Shown in pieces: positions 40,921 through 53,300 of a stretch of 64,000 nucleotides of DNA. The stretch comes from Macrostomum hystrix (Eukaryota > Animalia > Platyhelminthes). Below the pieces are notes generated by a model. The model was given only the letters and a program-made list of their open reading frames with translations, had not been told where the DNA came from and did no database searches. The stretch covers positions 1,984,001 to 2,048,000 of the forward strand of contig CATNEN010000032.1 in the NCBI GenBank assembly GCA_950097015.1, written 5' to 3'. The first letter of the stretch is position 1; every line of letters starts with the position of its first letter. Both the position numbers and the translations under genes were made by a program.

Positions 40921-41534
40921 ATCAGGCTGGGTATCGGTATGTCAGTGGGAATAAGTAAGGGAATGTTTAAGAATAGAAAATACACAAAACGATTGGGTAG
41001 TTTTGTGTTACTGAAGTTTGATAAATCCAAAGGCTTGGAATGACAATCCAGATCTAATGCCCTGTTATCCCATTCTCCCATATTTCGCCTCCTCGCTATC
41101 CTATTTTTATTTCTTTGATTTTCCAAACTCAGTCGAGCATGGCAAGGTTGGCAATTTTCAAGCCCCATTGCCAGGTGCATCGAATCGTAAAACTGAATTA
41201 TCCTAATTTCCATCCATTTATGACTTTATGGTCGATCTGATCGCCCACTGATGATATAACTTTTGATTTCTTGAAATAATATCAATCAAGATTCAATCAC
41301 AGTGTTCTGCAATGCTGATACGAAACAGGAGGCTCTGGTCAAACCTTGAAGCTTTCTGGCTAGCTAAAAATGAACAAAATGCAGGAAAAATTGTTTTGCC
41401 AACTGACAATCTCATAAATTTTCTCCAAGTGTAGTTTGTCACTGCTTTTCCGGTGTGTGAGATAGAGACTGAGCTGAAGAAAAAAAATAGTTTGATAAAA
41501 CTGTAACAAACTGGTTTAGCTATTGCAGGACTTA

Positions 41535-42100
41535 AATAATAAATAGGTAGACAAGATAGAAATGGATAGGGACTGATATGATAATGGATAGAGATAGGTA
41601 GACAAGACAGAAATGGATAGGGACTGATGTGATAATGGATAGAGATAGGTAGACAAGATAGAAATGGATAGGGACTGATATGAGAATGGATAGAGATAGG
41701 TAGACAAGATAGAAATGGATAGGGACTGATATGAGGATGGATAGAGATAGGTAGACAAGATAGAAATGGATAGGGACTGATATGAGAATGGATAGAGATA
41801 GGTAGACAAGATAGAAATGGATAGGGACTGATATGAGAATGGATAGAGATAGGTAGACAAGATAGAAATGGATAGGGACTGATATGATAATGGATAGAGA
41901 TAGGTAGACAAGATAGAAATGGATAGGGACTGATTTGAGGATGGATAGAGATAGGTAGACAAGATAGAAATGGATAGGGACTGATATGATAATGGATAGA
42001 GATAGGTAGACAAGATAGAAATGGATAGGGACTGATTTGAGGATGGATAGAGATAGGTAGACAAGATAGAAATGGATAGGGACTGATATGAGAATGGATA
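41535..42100. repeat. 51-bp minisatellite (~11 copies)
   Basis: Matches the 17-aa periodicity of ORF 41516-42064. Unit is GATAGAGATAGGTAGACAAGATAGAAATGGATAGGGACTGATATGATAATG. Confidence 0.95.
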
Positions 42101-42384
42101 GTAATAATCAGTAGGGCTGTCCCATACTTTCTAATAAGTAGTCTCGAGCGTGCGTTACTGATATTTTATATTTCTGACCAGATACAACTCAACAAGAAAT
42201 TCGATATCAAATATGGCGTGGCTATTTTGATAAAGAACAAAGAAATAATCCTGCTCAAATTTCGTGCTTTTTAATTAACAACCGGTATCGAATTCCAATA
42301 ACTTGAAGAATTTCCACATGTAGGCTTGTCACATTCCAGTTGGTTTGCCGGTTGCAGAATGGCTGACAGTGGGCCAATATTTCT

Positions 42385-43080
42385 AATCAATCAAGCTCAA
42401 AGCTTCTCAGTCAAGCTCAAAGCTTCTCAATCAAGCTCAAAGCTTCTCAATCAAGCTCAAAGCTTCTCAATCAAGCTCAAAGCTTCTCAGTCAAGCTCAA
42501 AGCTTCTCAATAAAGCTCAAAGCTTCTCAAACAAGCTCAAAGCTTCTCAAACAAGCTCAAAGCTTCTCAGTCAAGCTCAAAGCTTCTCAATCAAGCTCAA
42601 AGCTTCTCTATCAAGCTCAAAGCTTCTCAGTCAAGCTCAAAGCTTCTCAATAAAGCTCAAAGCTTCTCAAACAAGCTCAAAGCTTCTCAAACAAGCTCAA
42701 AGCTTCTTAATAAAGCTCAAAGCTTCTCAAACAAGCTCAAAGCTTCTCAAACAAGCTCAAAGCTTCTCAAACAAGCTCAAAGCTTCTTAGTCAAGCTCAA
42801 AGCTTCTCAAACAAGCTCAAAGCTTCTCAAACAAGCTCAAAGCTTCTCAAACAAGCTCAAAGCTTCTTAGTCAAGCTCAAAGCTTCTTAGTCAAGCTCAA
42901 AGCTTCTTAGTCAAGCTCAAAACTTCTCAATCAAGCTCAAAGCTTCTCAATCAAGCTCAAAGCTTCTCAGTCAAGCTCAAAGCTTCTCAATCAAGCTCAA
43001 AGCTAAGCAATCAAGCTCAAAGCTTCTCAATAAAGCTCAAAGCTTCTCAAACAAGCTCAAAGCTTATCAATCAAGCTCAT
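42385..43080. repeat. 20-bp minisatellite TCAAGCTCAAAGCTTCTCAA (~35 copies)
   Basis: Period of 20 (42421 to 42441). Confidence 0.97.
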
Positions 43081-43099
43081 AAAAGTTCATAGAATCTCA

Positions 43100-43330
43100 A
43101 GCTCGGACTCACGACTTAAAGGTCGCAGGTTCCAGTACCGAGTCGAAATAGAGCAGTTTGCAGCTGTTCATTGGTTGCCAGCATCATCTGGGATAATTGA
43201 GGGTGTGTGTAGCGTCCCCCCAGTCCATGGACTGAAAAGCCGTACGCAGCCTTCAAATAACTTCTGCTGTGCTGTCGGTTCCTTGTCTGGCCCGATAGGA
43301 GCAGGTGTAATTAATTATTGAGCACTATTA
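43100..43330 (+). mobile_element. Possible tRNA-derived SINE remnant
   Basis: GGACTCACGACTTAAAGGTCGCAGGTTCCAGTACC resembles a tRNA anticodon/T-arm with a degenerate B-box (GGTTCGANNCC). It is followed by unique sequence and an ATT-rich tail. No full cloverleaf. Confidence 0.3.
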
Positions 43331-44630
43331 TAGTTATCCTAAACCCTACTAATGGCTCATAACTAGTATAATTATTTTCTTAACTCTTGATACAATAACT
43401 CAAGTGGCTAAATTTTCTCGCCCCTACTTTACAAGTAGTATGGGTCGTAAATAACTTTCGTTTTTGTTTTATGTGAATGTCCTCTGAGCAGAGATTTGGA
43501 AAACATTTTACGACTAAAATTAAAGGCATATTCAGGAGTATGAAATTGTGAAACACGTTAAATGAAAGTATCGGAAACAAAAAGAAAATTTTTTGTTGAT
43601 TGACACTTCGAAGTGTTGTGAGGTCCATAACTTTATTGCTTGTCACGGCTTACTATATTACTTGTAGCCGTGTGCTCAAATAGGCAGAGCGGCGTGAACT
43701 AGAGAAACGAAAATTGCAATGTGTTGCCATCAGAGTCAGCAAGCATCATAACATGGAATAGACAATAGCCGAAGTGTGTAACTTTGCGAGTGGTTTCTGA
43801 GTAAGCTAAAGAAAATTTGAAGTGGTTGCTTTTACACATGTTAAAAAGAGAAAAAAAATTACATTAGATCCAGCAAAGTGTAAATCAGGGGGTCACGTTT
43901 CACACGTTTGCCTCTCGCACCAAGGTCCCCAAGTTCGACTCCACGGCGAGGCGACATTCATTTGGGGCGCAGCCGCGGAGAGAAGGCTTGGGGGCTTGAT
44001 GCAATGGAGGGCCAAACTCCAGGGCACAGTGAAGTGTACACTGCCTGAAGATTATAGGGCAGATGTACACACCTGTGTGAGCGTGTGGCTGCGTACAGTA
44101 TCTGAGTGCGTGTGTGCTCAAGAGTCAGCGAAATGGACAGAATTGCCTCCTCGCTGGCTGCGGGTCTAGTGGCACCAAATGATGTGCCATTGCCCACAGC
44201 CCACAGCAATTATTATTATTAAAGTGCAAACCTCTTTAATCTACGAAACTGCTCAGCATCCTTTTAATGATCAGGAATTTCTAAGCCAGAAAGTCACGCT
44301 CAGGTTTTATTAGAAGTGCTCCAATCGAAGGACAGCCCAGTCAAGCACTGCGGAAGAATATTTAACAGCGAAACACTGAGGCTCAGAGCCAAGCACACAG
44401 TCAAGAGATCATTGCTGAGCGATACGTCAATTTATCAGATGCGTGATATTGCGACCGCATATTAATGAAGGCCTAGTTGACTCGGGTCGCAGGAATGAAG
44501 ATATTCGTATTTATATTTATAATTTATGTTTTAGATATATTTTCTGAGATTAAGTTGCGTAGATTTGACACGACTCGCGCGCCGGTGACAGTAAAAATAC
44601 TTCGAGAATACTTCTGAGTACGCTCTGAAT

Positions 44631-45958
44631 TCACTCCATGGGTGTTCTCCAGAGCAGGTAGACAACGCCCTGGTACTTGAAGATGAAACCGAAACCAGGC
44701 TCGTGGGACACGAAGTTCCAGAACTGGCCTTGCAGGCTGACCACGTGCCACAGGCGACCGAATTGGTCGTCGAGAAGTTGCTTGACCACCCGGGGCAGGT
44801 CCTTGGGCTCTGGCGTCTCTTCCAGGCTCTCCTTGACGATGAAGAACACTTCCGCCTGACGGTCGGCGGGCATGTCGACGTACAACACCTGGACACTGGA
44901 CGGCAGCGTGCGCTTTTGCACTGCGAACACACTGCGAGAGCGGTAGGCACGGCTGGAAGAGAAAGTGGGGCCAGATGTACAGACAGAGTCACAGCCGCAG
45001 CTACACTGCACAACCTCCTTTGTAGTCCAGATGTCAGAAGATAGTACATCTGAAGTCAGAAGTCAGACTGGTTTATACTTTTAAGAGAGAACGTCAGTTC
45101 AGAACTATTTCAGTTCAGAACTTCTAGTGGGACTTATTTTTTGTCTCCAAGCTTCTGGTGCCATTTTTTCGACACACGATTCTAAAGTGTTCAACCATCC
45201 TCTATCCGCTTTCGATGTACAGTCCAATCTAAGCAAATTTATCCCTATTCGTGTCCCAGAATGAAATTTCCGCAATCTATTTTTCTTAATTGGATATTTC
45301 AAATTATATTTCCCAAATAAAGCGCTGATTGCCCTCTCCAGCCTCCCTGTGCGGGCAAGCGCGCAATTGAAGCAGTCAAGAAGATCTTAAGCAAAATGGC
45401 TGACCCGATTTGGGCCCAATAACGGAAGAGCAATTTATTATTTAATGGCTGAATTGGGAATTTCGAGTCTGAACATTTCAGCGCGACAGAGGATAAGACA
45501 GAGAGAAGCAATCTCACGCTTTCTTAGTCCGCAGTCCGAGAACGTCGCAATAGTTCTCCAGGGTGATGCGGCCCAAGTGCTGCTTGTCGAAGATACTCAG
45601 CCACTTCTGCAATTGTGGTATAGCGAAGTATTGCGGCTAAGATTCACCTCCGAGATGGCTTATGCTACTGTACCCGCGTTCTTGGGCTAAATGTCTCACG
45701 ACTGTAACCAGGGACGGAGAGTGAAAGTTCAGTTTGCACAGCTGTAAAATGGATACCAGCATCAGTTTAGGTAGAAATTAGGGCAGATGTGGCGGCCACC
45801 TGAGTCCATGGAGAGTCACAAACCTGAACAAATGTGTCCTCAAAGTTGTTCTTCACCATGTAGGCCCTGAGCTCCTCGACTGTGATCTCCTCGCTGTTGT
45901 CAGTGTCTATGGCAAAGAAGGCGTCTAGAAAATTGTGCTGTCGCTCCTGCGAGGACAT
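44631..45958 (-). CDS. Tegumental allergen-like (TAL) protein: two EF-hands + C-terminal dynein light chain-like domain, 181 aa
   Basis: Exons are 45958-45824 (MSSQERQHNFLDAFFAIDTDNSEEITVEELRAY), 45606-45518 (KWLSIFDKQHLGRITLENYCDVLGL) and 44952-44631 (strong acceptor CTTTCTCTTCCAG; ...LLDDQFGRLWHVVSLQGQFWNFVSHEPGFGFIFKYQGVVYLLWRTPME*). Phases are 0 and 2 and match. The SHEP..WRTP ending matches the Schistosoma Sm22.6/TAL architecture. Confidence 0.93.
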
Positions 45959-46959
45959 TTCTGCTGATGACCTACGAAGATTAGACTTGGCAGCGAGAGT
46001 AAGTGAAAGCACACTCTACGACTAGTCTGTGTGCTTATTTTTTTTCTTTCTCAAGGTGCTACTTCAGTTGCTGTCGCGTGTTGCTTTCTAATAGCTTGTC
46101 TGGCCTCACTGACTGAGGTGGGTTACAATCTGGACTGAATTATCCGAAGCAGCAATTTACTGTCTGAAGTGGCTCTAGCATGTATGAGAACAGTGGCAGG
46201 TATAGAGCCATGTCGAGTGGACATTTAGCATCTGCGAGAAATGCTTCTCAGTAGAGACAATGAAGGACTCGCTCCTCAGACTGGAATCTCCCGAGTACGC
46301 GTAAATAATTCGACTAGGGTGGGGGCGGTGACTCAGTGTGTCTGGAAGTCCTCACCGAGCAAGTGGAGCGAGGCTTTGCGATCATCCAGTGCAAAATACT
46401 GACAGATGATGCGAGTGAAATAGAAAGAGAAAATAATAAAAGAAAGCGAGCCAGAAAGAAGATATATTTGCCTGCTGGCTGGGCTGGAGCTTCAGCTCAG
46501 ATTAATTGCCCACTGGGCCAAGGCTAATTTGGCATGGGCCAAATTTCCTAGAGACTCTAAATTTTCTTTGGGCCTGAAGAGAGTGAGGAAAGGGAAAGCT
46601 GAAACTTCTGATTGGGATGCAAGAAACTGCCTTCTCCCATTTCTCAGGCCTTCCCAGCTGCTCCGTCTTCTCTTAGTCTCAATTTTCCTCCCACAAAACA
46701 TGCTCAAGCTAATTTCCGAATCCCTTTTGCTTCTGTCCCTCTTTGTGGAATATTTTCTTTTTTTCTTCTCCGAACTTCAGATGAGCCTTGTCGGCCGGCG
46801 GTTTGAGTCTGATTGAATTCCCAGACTCTTGCTCCACATTCCTCCCTACCCGCCCCTTGGGACCAATGAGCACAAAGCAAGCAGGGCCCATTTAAAAGCC
46901 CAGTGGCTCCTAGCGACATCCGCAGCTGTCATTCGGGCGGATTCCGGGCGCAACTCAGC

Positions 46960-48357
46960 ATGAAGCGCAGCGTCAGTCTCAGCATCAAGTCGGCTCTGTC
47001 GCACTTGGAAGCAACTCCGGAGTTGCGGACTTTGCTCAGTCCCTGCGGAGAGCCACGCGGAGTTGTCAACCTGGGCCTTGGCCAGTCGCCCTTCCCGCCG
47101 CCATCGTCTGCTGCGGAATTTCTTCGACGGCATGCCGACGAGTGTCGCTACGCGCCAAGCGATGGCTGTCCGGAGCTGCGAGCCGCTTTTGCTGACTTCC
47201 ACCGCTGGCCGGGCGGCTCCAGTCGGGTCGTGATTGGTCCTGGTTGTCGAGGACTGCTCTTTGCGCTGCTGCTGGCCTTCGAGGGTCGCATCTTTGTGGC
47301 CGCACCAGCTTGGAGTGCGTGCGGACCGCAATGCGAGCTGCTTCGAGCGCGGTCGAGGATTGTGGTAGTGCAGGCAGGCTTTGCTGAAGGTTGGAAGATC
47401 CGTCCAGAGGCGCTACGACGAGCGGTTGCTACGGCATCGGAGCCTTGTCGCAAAAAGACGCCAAAGCTGCTGGTCCTGGCAACTCCAGGCAATCCGAGCG
47501 GCCAGTGCTACTCAGCGGAAGAGTTCATCGACTTGTCTGAAGCGCTTATCGAGCTCGGCTTCACTGCGGCTGTTTCTGACGAAACCTATGCGCTGTTGCG
47601 CCACGACGGCCAACCTCACTTGTCTTTGTCAGAGTTCTATCCCGAAGGCGCCATCGTTCTGACCAGCCTGTCGAAGTGGGCCGGTCTGGCTGGCTGGAGA
47701 ATCGGCTGCGCTCTGTTCCCCAGGCAGCTGGCGGGCCTGCAGGAGTCTGTAGCCGGCGTACTGTCGCATGTCGCGCCCTGCGCTCCGACGCCTCAACAGT
47801 TGGCAGCCGCGGAGCTGCTTCAAGGCGCCTCCCCTGTGCCCGATGCTGCCACCTGTCGCGTCCTGCGTCGTCTTGGACTATTTTGCACCGAAAGGCTTTC
47901 CTGCTGCGGAGTGCGAGTTCTGGCGCCACAGGCCGGATTCTTCATGCTGCTCGATCTGGCTGAGCTGTCCGACGATTTGACCTGCCTCGGAGCTAGAACT
48001 GCGGCCCAGCTATGCACCAGACTGCTGCGAGACCTCGGCCTGCTGCTGCTACCCGGCGACGCTTTCATGCTTCCACCCGACGCTCTCGTGCTCCGACTCT
48101 GCTTTGTCGACTTCGACGGTTGCGAAGCTGTCAAAGCGGCTAGTCACCTCAGCGAGGCGGAGGATGTGGGCCAGAACGAGCGATTCATCTTGTCTCGCTG
48201 CCAGCCGACCGCCGACGCTGTTTTGCGCCTCTGCGATTGGCTGCGTCAGGTGCCGAGCCGCGCGAAGGCAGAGCGAGTTTGGCAGGCTGAGTTGCGACGA
48301 GTGGGGCGCGAACTGGCGACCTCGGCCCTAATGGGTGCCCTGGAACTGTGCTGCTGA
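46960..48357 (+). CDS. Intronless PLP-dependent class I/II aminotransferase (aspartate aminotransferase-like), ~465 aa
   Basis: Single ORF from ATG 46960 (the ORF track extends it to a GTG at 46903). Motifs are NLGLGQSPFP, YAPSDGCPELRAA, PGNPSG, SDETY, SLSKWAGLAGWRIG (PLP lysine codon at 47674) and LRLCFVDFDG. AATAAA at 48436. Confidence 0.9.
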   Translation: MKRSVSLSIKSALSHLEATPELRTLLSPCGEPRGVVNLGLGQSPFPPPSSAAEFLRRHADECRYAPSDGCPELRAAFADFHRWPGGSSRVVIGPGCRGLLFALLLAFEGRIFVAAPAWSACGPQCELLRARSRIVVVQAGFAEGWKIRPEALRRAVATASEPCRKKTPKLLVLATPGNPSGQCYSAEEFIDLSEALIELGFTAAVSDETYALLRHDGQPHLSLSEFYPEGAIVLTSLSKWAGLAGWRIGCALFPRQLAGLQESVAGVLSHVAPCAPTPQQLAAAELLQGASPVPDAATCRVLRRLGLFCTERLSCCGVRVLAPQAGFFMLLDLAELSDDLTCLGARTAAQLCTRLLRDLGLLLLPGDAFMLPPDALVLRLCFVDFDGCEAVKAASHLSEAEDVGQNERFILSRCQPTADAVLRLCDWLRQVPSRAKAERVWQAELRRVGRELATSALMGALELCC

Positions 48358-50243
48358 ATTTTATTGTCCGATCTTTTCAACAAATTTCATCTGGAAATGT
48401 TGAATGCCTGAGTCCCTTTTACTTTATCGTTATCCAATAAAGTTGCTCGAACTGAACAACATAGTTCGCATATGCGAATTCCTATTACAATTTTGACGTG
48501 TCGGTGTAAAAAAATCACACGCTTCGTAAAGAAGGAACCATTAATACTTTATTAGTTCGAGAAAACCTTGACACAAGGATCAAATTCGTGACGATGTTGA
48601 AAAAAATCCGTGGACTTTTCCCGTGGATTGTGGATTAAGAATTCCGTTCTATTTGAACCTTGTAGGGCTTCGATGAATGACGAGTGGCTGTCAGATTAGT
48701 TTTCGCGAATCAGTTAAATCCGTGTCCACTGCTGCCATCTCATGCAGTTTGAGTTTTTTGCATAGAGCTGGTAGATTAACTCAACTATCGACTGATGAAA
48801 GCCTGCTGGAGGTAAGGCGTTTCCATCACTTTAGGGGTAGTCAGCAGTAGGAAGACCACGCGGTATTTCAAATTAGTATTTTCTCTGTATCCCCTAAAAT
48901 ATTTAACCTATCGCCATGAAAATCCAGAACATGGGCTAAAATTTTCCGCTCTATCTGATGAAAAAACTTCCAGAACCACAAAACATCGGTATAGTCGAGA
49001 TATTCAACGATATAGGTGGCACCATTTTTCATTGCCTATAGGAGGCTGCTCACTAAGCTTCATCATGTAACCAGGTCGTCTATTATTGTTGACTATATTG
49101 TTTTGATAATATTGTACATTTTACGTTATTGAACCGATAAGGATTCACCATAGAAGTTTACACAGAGCACTGGTAGTTGTGCTAGGGCCTTTGACAATAA
49201 TCGGTGAATTTCTCGACAATGATGGCGTCTGATGGCTTTGAAAGTTATTTAGTTCATTGTAAATGGTACAAAATGTTGATACACAATGGGACTTTCACGA
49301 AAATCGGTCATTTCGGCTTGGGAGCTATGGTGAAGTAGGCAGTGGGTATTTGAAATAGCCTGGTCTTTCTATAGGGGGGAAATAGCGAGGTTTTTCCACT
49401 GCTAAGCCTCAGCAGTTAATCTTCCACTGCTATTACCAAGACTCAAATACCCAATTAAGGACTGCGCATACAGCAAGTCAAACTGCCCCGCTCAGCACAT
49501 TTTACTGTTCTACACAACAAGATTTGGCTTTGGGCAAACAAACACGTCAGCATTTCCACTTTCCTTATCTAGACCAGGGGTCAAATTTTGGTGAAACACG
49601 ACCACACGTGAGTTCTGCTTTATCTGAGCAAGATCGGTACACACTTGTCTCTCTGATAAGTTAGCTCAGGCATTGCAGACAGCAGTCAAACTTAAGCAAT
49701 TGCAGCAGCTTAGATTACTGCTAAATCATTTCACAACAACAAAATCGTTTAGAACTAACTAATCTACTCAATGTAGATTGAGTAGATTATAAGGTGATTC
49801 AGTGTGCAAAAGATGCTAACTGAATAATACTGTCTAATTAGTGACCTGTAAAACTGAAAAAGGAAAAAATAGAATTCGTGGTTCGAATTTTTAAAGTTGA
49901 CATTTCGAGTGATTTTCTGATTTAAAAAATGGTGGCGTAGTGTCAGTAAATACGAGTAGTTTCACATAAAGCAGGTTTCACATTGAATTCAACGAGTTTA
50001 ATGTGAACATTCTCCGTGAATAAACACTACTGGCAGATCGCTTCTGAAAATGTATTGCTGTCGATGTTGTTTAGCCTATTTATGGCAATAACAGGCTAAC
50101 CTAGCCCCACAGGACAGGTGAGAGAAATTTTCAGTCCGCACTGGCATCCAGGTGCCGCCGCTGGGCTGGCTTTTCCTGTGTCTTGCCGCCTTGAATGACT
50201 GCCTTATCTGTGCAGCCTGGCTTGACTATCGATCGGGCCTGTC

Positions 50244-50250
50244 TATATAA
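50244..50250 (+). promoter_or_regulatory. TATA box of the TEP gene
   Basis: TATATAA about 120 bp upstream of the ATG at 50367. Confidence 0.5.
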
Positions 50251-50366
50251 CTGGGCCTGATAGCATAAAACTCGTGGGTCGCCAAGTCAAAGGCAAATTA
50301 GTCTGTGAAAATTTGAAAACTGGAGCCCACTTTGAAGCCTGCTCAGTAAAACTGAATCAACAAAAT

Positions 50367-53300
50367 ATGTCGCGAGGACGGATGCTGCTGCAGCCCACCG
50401 CGGCTCCTGCTTGGCTGCTGATGCTGCTGATGCTGCTCACTGCTCACAGCAGAATTCAAGCTCAAGCTGTTGAGACAGCGGCCGCGTCGAATGCGTGAGT
50501 ATTCATGGAAAGTGAAACCCTGTCACAAATTATAACTTGCAAGTTTTGGTGGTGTATCGTATTCGTGTGAAGTGTACACTCTCACTGTGCCTTGGAGGTT
50601 GGCCCTGCACGACAAGCCCCCAAGCCTTCTGTTAAAATGAATGTGGCCTGACCGCGTAATCGAGCCTGGGTACCTTGGTGCAAACGCGTTCGACCGCTCT
50701 AAGACGCCTCCCTTCCTTTCAGAAACTACGCCATCGTTTTCTCGAAGATCCTTCAGCCCGGGCGCGACTTTCGCATCGGCGCCGCCCTTCTGACCCGCAC
50801 ACCGGGCAGGGCCATCCAGACAGTGACAGCGCGCATTGCTACCGTCACCAAGGGCGAAAACTTCGACGAACTGACGGCCCAAACTACTTGGCAGAAAGGG
50901 GAAGGCGATGCGGACATAACTTCCGTGGAGCTGGCGATTCCTGTGCCAGGCGTGAGTGACGGACAGGACTTTTTTCAGTCCGTTCTTCCTGTTCTGTACC
51001 CTATGTCCCTTGCACTGGATGACTAGATACACTCGTACAAGGTTTGTATCTGAGCCCTCCTCAAATTTACGTTACGGTCTTTCCTCGATGACTGTAGAAA
51101 CATCACTTGAGCCAAAGTGATACCAAAGCGATTAAACTTTAATGCACACCATATGGGATCATAAAATTACGCTAACGTTCACACTTCTGCCGCCCCCAGC
51201 CCCCTAACAGTAAATATTGCTTAACATTCTGAACTCAACCATCCCAGAGTCCAAAGAGCTACGACCAGGTCGGGAGCTACAACGTGACGATCACCATCCG
51301 GGACACGCAGGGCAACACCTTCAGCAACAGCTCGGCGGTGGCGCTGTCTGAATCGCCCATTGTTAGCCTCATCCAGACAGACAAGGCCATCTACAAACCC
51401 GGCCAGCTGGTCAAGTTTCGCATTGTGAATCTGGACGAAACTTTGAAGCCCGTACCACTGAACATGGAGGTGTTCATCAAGGTAAGCAATCATTTTTCTT
51501 CAGTTTCAATCAGCTTTGTGAATGACTAGTGGTAGAATATCAAGCATCACATTTTTGCATTGCATAACTGATCTGGAATGTTTTTTATAAATTAGGCTTC
51601 TGTCGGATCGTCTTTAACAGCAGAGGAACTTTTTCTTCTGTTTTGAACTATTTCTGTTTGCTTGCTTCTATCTTGTAGTCAAATAATAATTGTGAATGCA
51701 AATGTAAAATATACGCCCAGGACGCGAAAGGCAACTTGGTGGATAAGCAGACTCACAACGTCAGTCGAGAGCAGACCCAGCAGAATCAGCTGGTTATGAT
51801 CGGTGAGTTTCGTCTCTCTGAGATGCCCAACGAAGGCGACTGGTCAATCACCGCCAAGAGCGACCTGTTCACCGAAGCCAAGACATTCACAGTGCGTCAG
51901 TATGTTCTGCCCAAGTTTTCTTTGGAGCTGACCACGCCTAGCTTTGTCCACGTCAACGACAGCGAATTTACCGTCAGCGCCAAGGTGTCTTACACCTACG
52001 ACAAGGCTGTCGAAGGCGAATTCAGTGTCACTATGGGTCCGTTTATGAACTGTCGCTCCTGCAAGAAGAAGTACGACCTGCTGAAGAAGTCTAAAGTTGA
52101 GGCTGAGTCTGATGGTGAGACTAGTCTCAAATTCAACCTGATCAAGTGGCGTGAGCACCTAAAGACCATTGGCTACAGCGACCAGCCATACAGCTACATG
52201 GCCAAGGCTAGCGTGCAGTTCAAAGAGAAGTTCACTGGTGAGACACTAAAAATACGAGAACTTTACTTATAGCATTGGCACCAGGCTCTTCCATTTATAA
52301 AACTGAACATTCCAGGCGAGACAAAAGTAGTGGAAAAAACATTCACCATCTACACCAAGAGCTACGAGGTGAAGATTGACACAACTCAGGTGCCGTTCTT
52401 CCTACCAGGATTCTCCGTTCCAGTTCAGGTGAGTAGATGAGTCTGGGTGAGTAGATAGCACGTCATCAAGGCAGATTATGAGTTAACTCTACTCCACTTT
52501 CGACAGATCAGTCTAACCCGGCCGGACGATAAGCCCTTCACGGGTGCCGCTGCCTCCAACGCCAGTGCCACGCTGGTGTACCGCCGACGCGGCAAGAGGC
52601 AGACTCTGCAGTTCTTCAACGGCCCGCTTACACCGTCGCGTGCAGGCACTGGCGCCTCACTGCTGGTCAGAATTCCCGCGGACGCTGACTTTCATCCCGT
52701 CAGGATTGACGTGAGCTAATCTTTGTTCAAAGTTTCCTTTAGCACCTGGCAAAGAGCGTGGTGTATAGCAACACGCAATATATTTTGCCGCTTCTGATAG
52801 GTGAAGATCGCAGGTGACGATCAATCACAGCTCGAGGGCTCGTCCACAATCTATCCGTTTATCGGCATCACGGACGACTACGTCAAGGTCAAGATAAGGA
52901 ACCTTCGGGACGATGACGTTAAGGTAAGGTTGAAGCTCACATTAAGTACACTGTGCTGTGATTTTATTTTCAATGACACCATCCCCTGAAATTATTTGCA
53001 GTTGGAGCTTGAGAAGACTCCAGGAATCAGCTTCGTATACTACGCAGTGAGTAACCACGTTGCATTATTAAAGCAAGTTCAGAGCCATTGAGGTGTACAA
53101 TTAAAGTAAATTTGAGAACATTCATAATTTTCCAAGTAGAAACTTTCTACTAGACATCGAACATCGCATTAACCTTATCTGACTACTGATGAGGAATAAA
53201 AAGAAGATTTTACGAGAAAAAAATAAAGTGCTGGAAAAGGGGACTGCCTAGACTGAATACGCGAATGTGAACTCCAATCCAGGTACTCAGCCGAAGTCAG

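Noticed and set aside
43100-43145. Intact tRNA gene
   Set aside because: Only a degenerate B-box/T-arm-like segment is present, with no acceptor stem or A-box. Kept only as a low-confidence SINE remnant.
47066-48331. Multiple antisense and alternate-frame ORFs over the aminotransferase (and similar ones over TEP exons)
   Set aside because: Shadow ORFs from GC-rich coding sequence, with no recognisable motifs.
49565-49585. TCTAGAC-CAGGGGTC (and TAGGGCTGTC near 42110) resembling hAT terminal inverted repeats
   Set aside because: No matching inverted terminus or target-site duplication was found by eye.
49977-50007. 14-bp hairpin TTCACATTGAATTC-AAC-GAGTTTAATGTGAA upstream of TEP
   Set aside because: Too short for a pre-miRNA, with a 3-nt loop and G-U pairs, so it is compatible with chance in AT-rich DNA.
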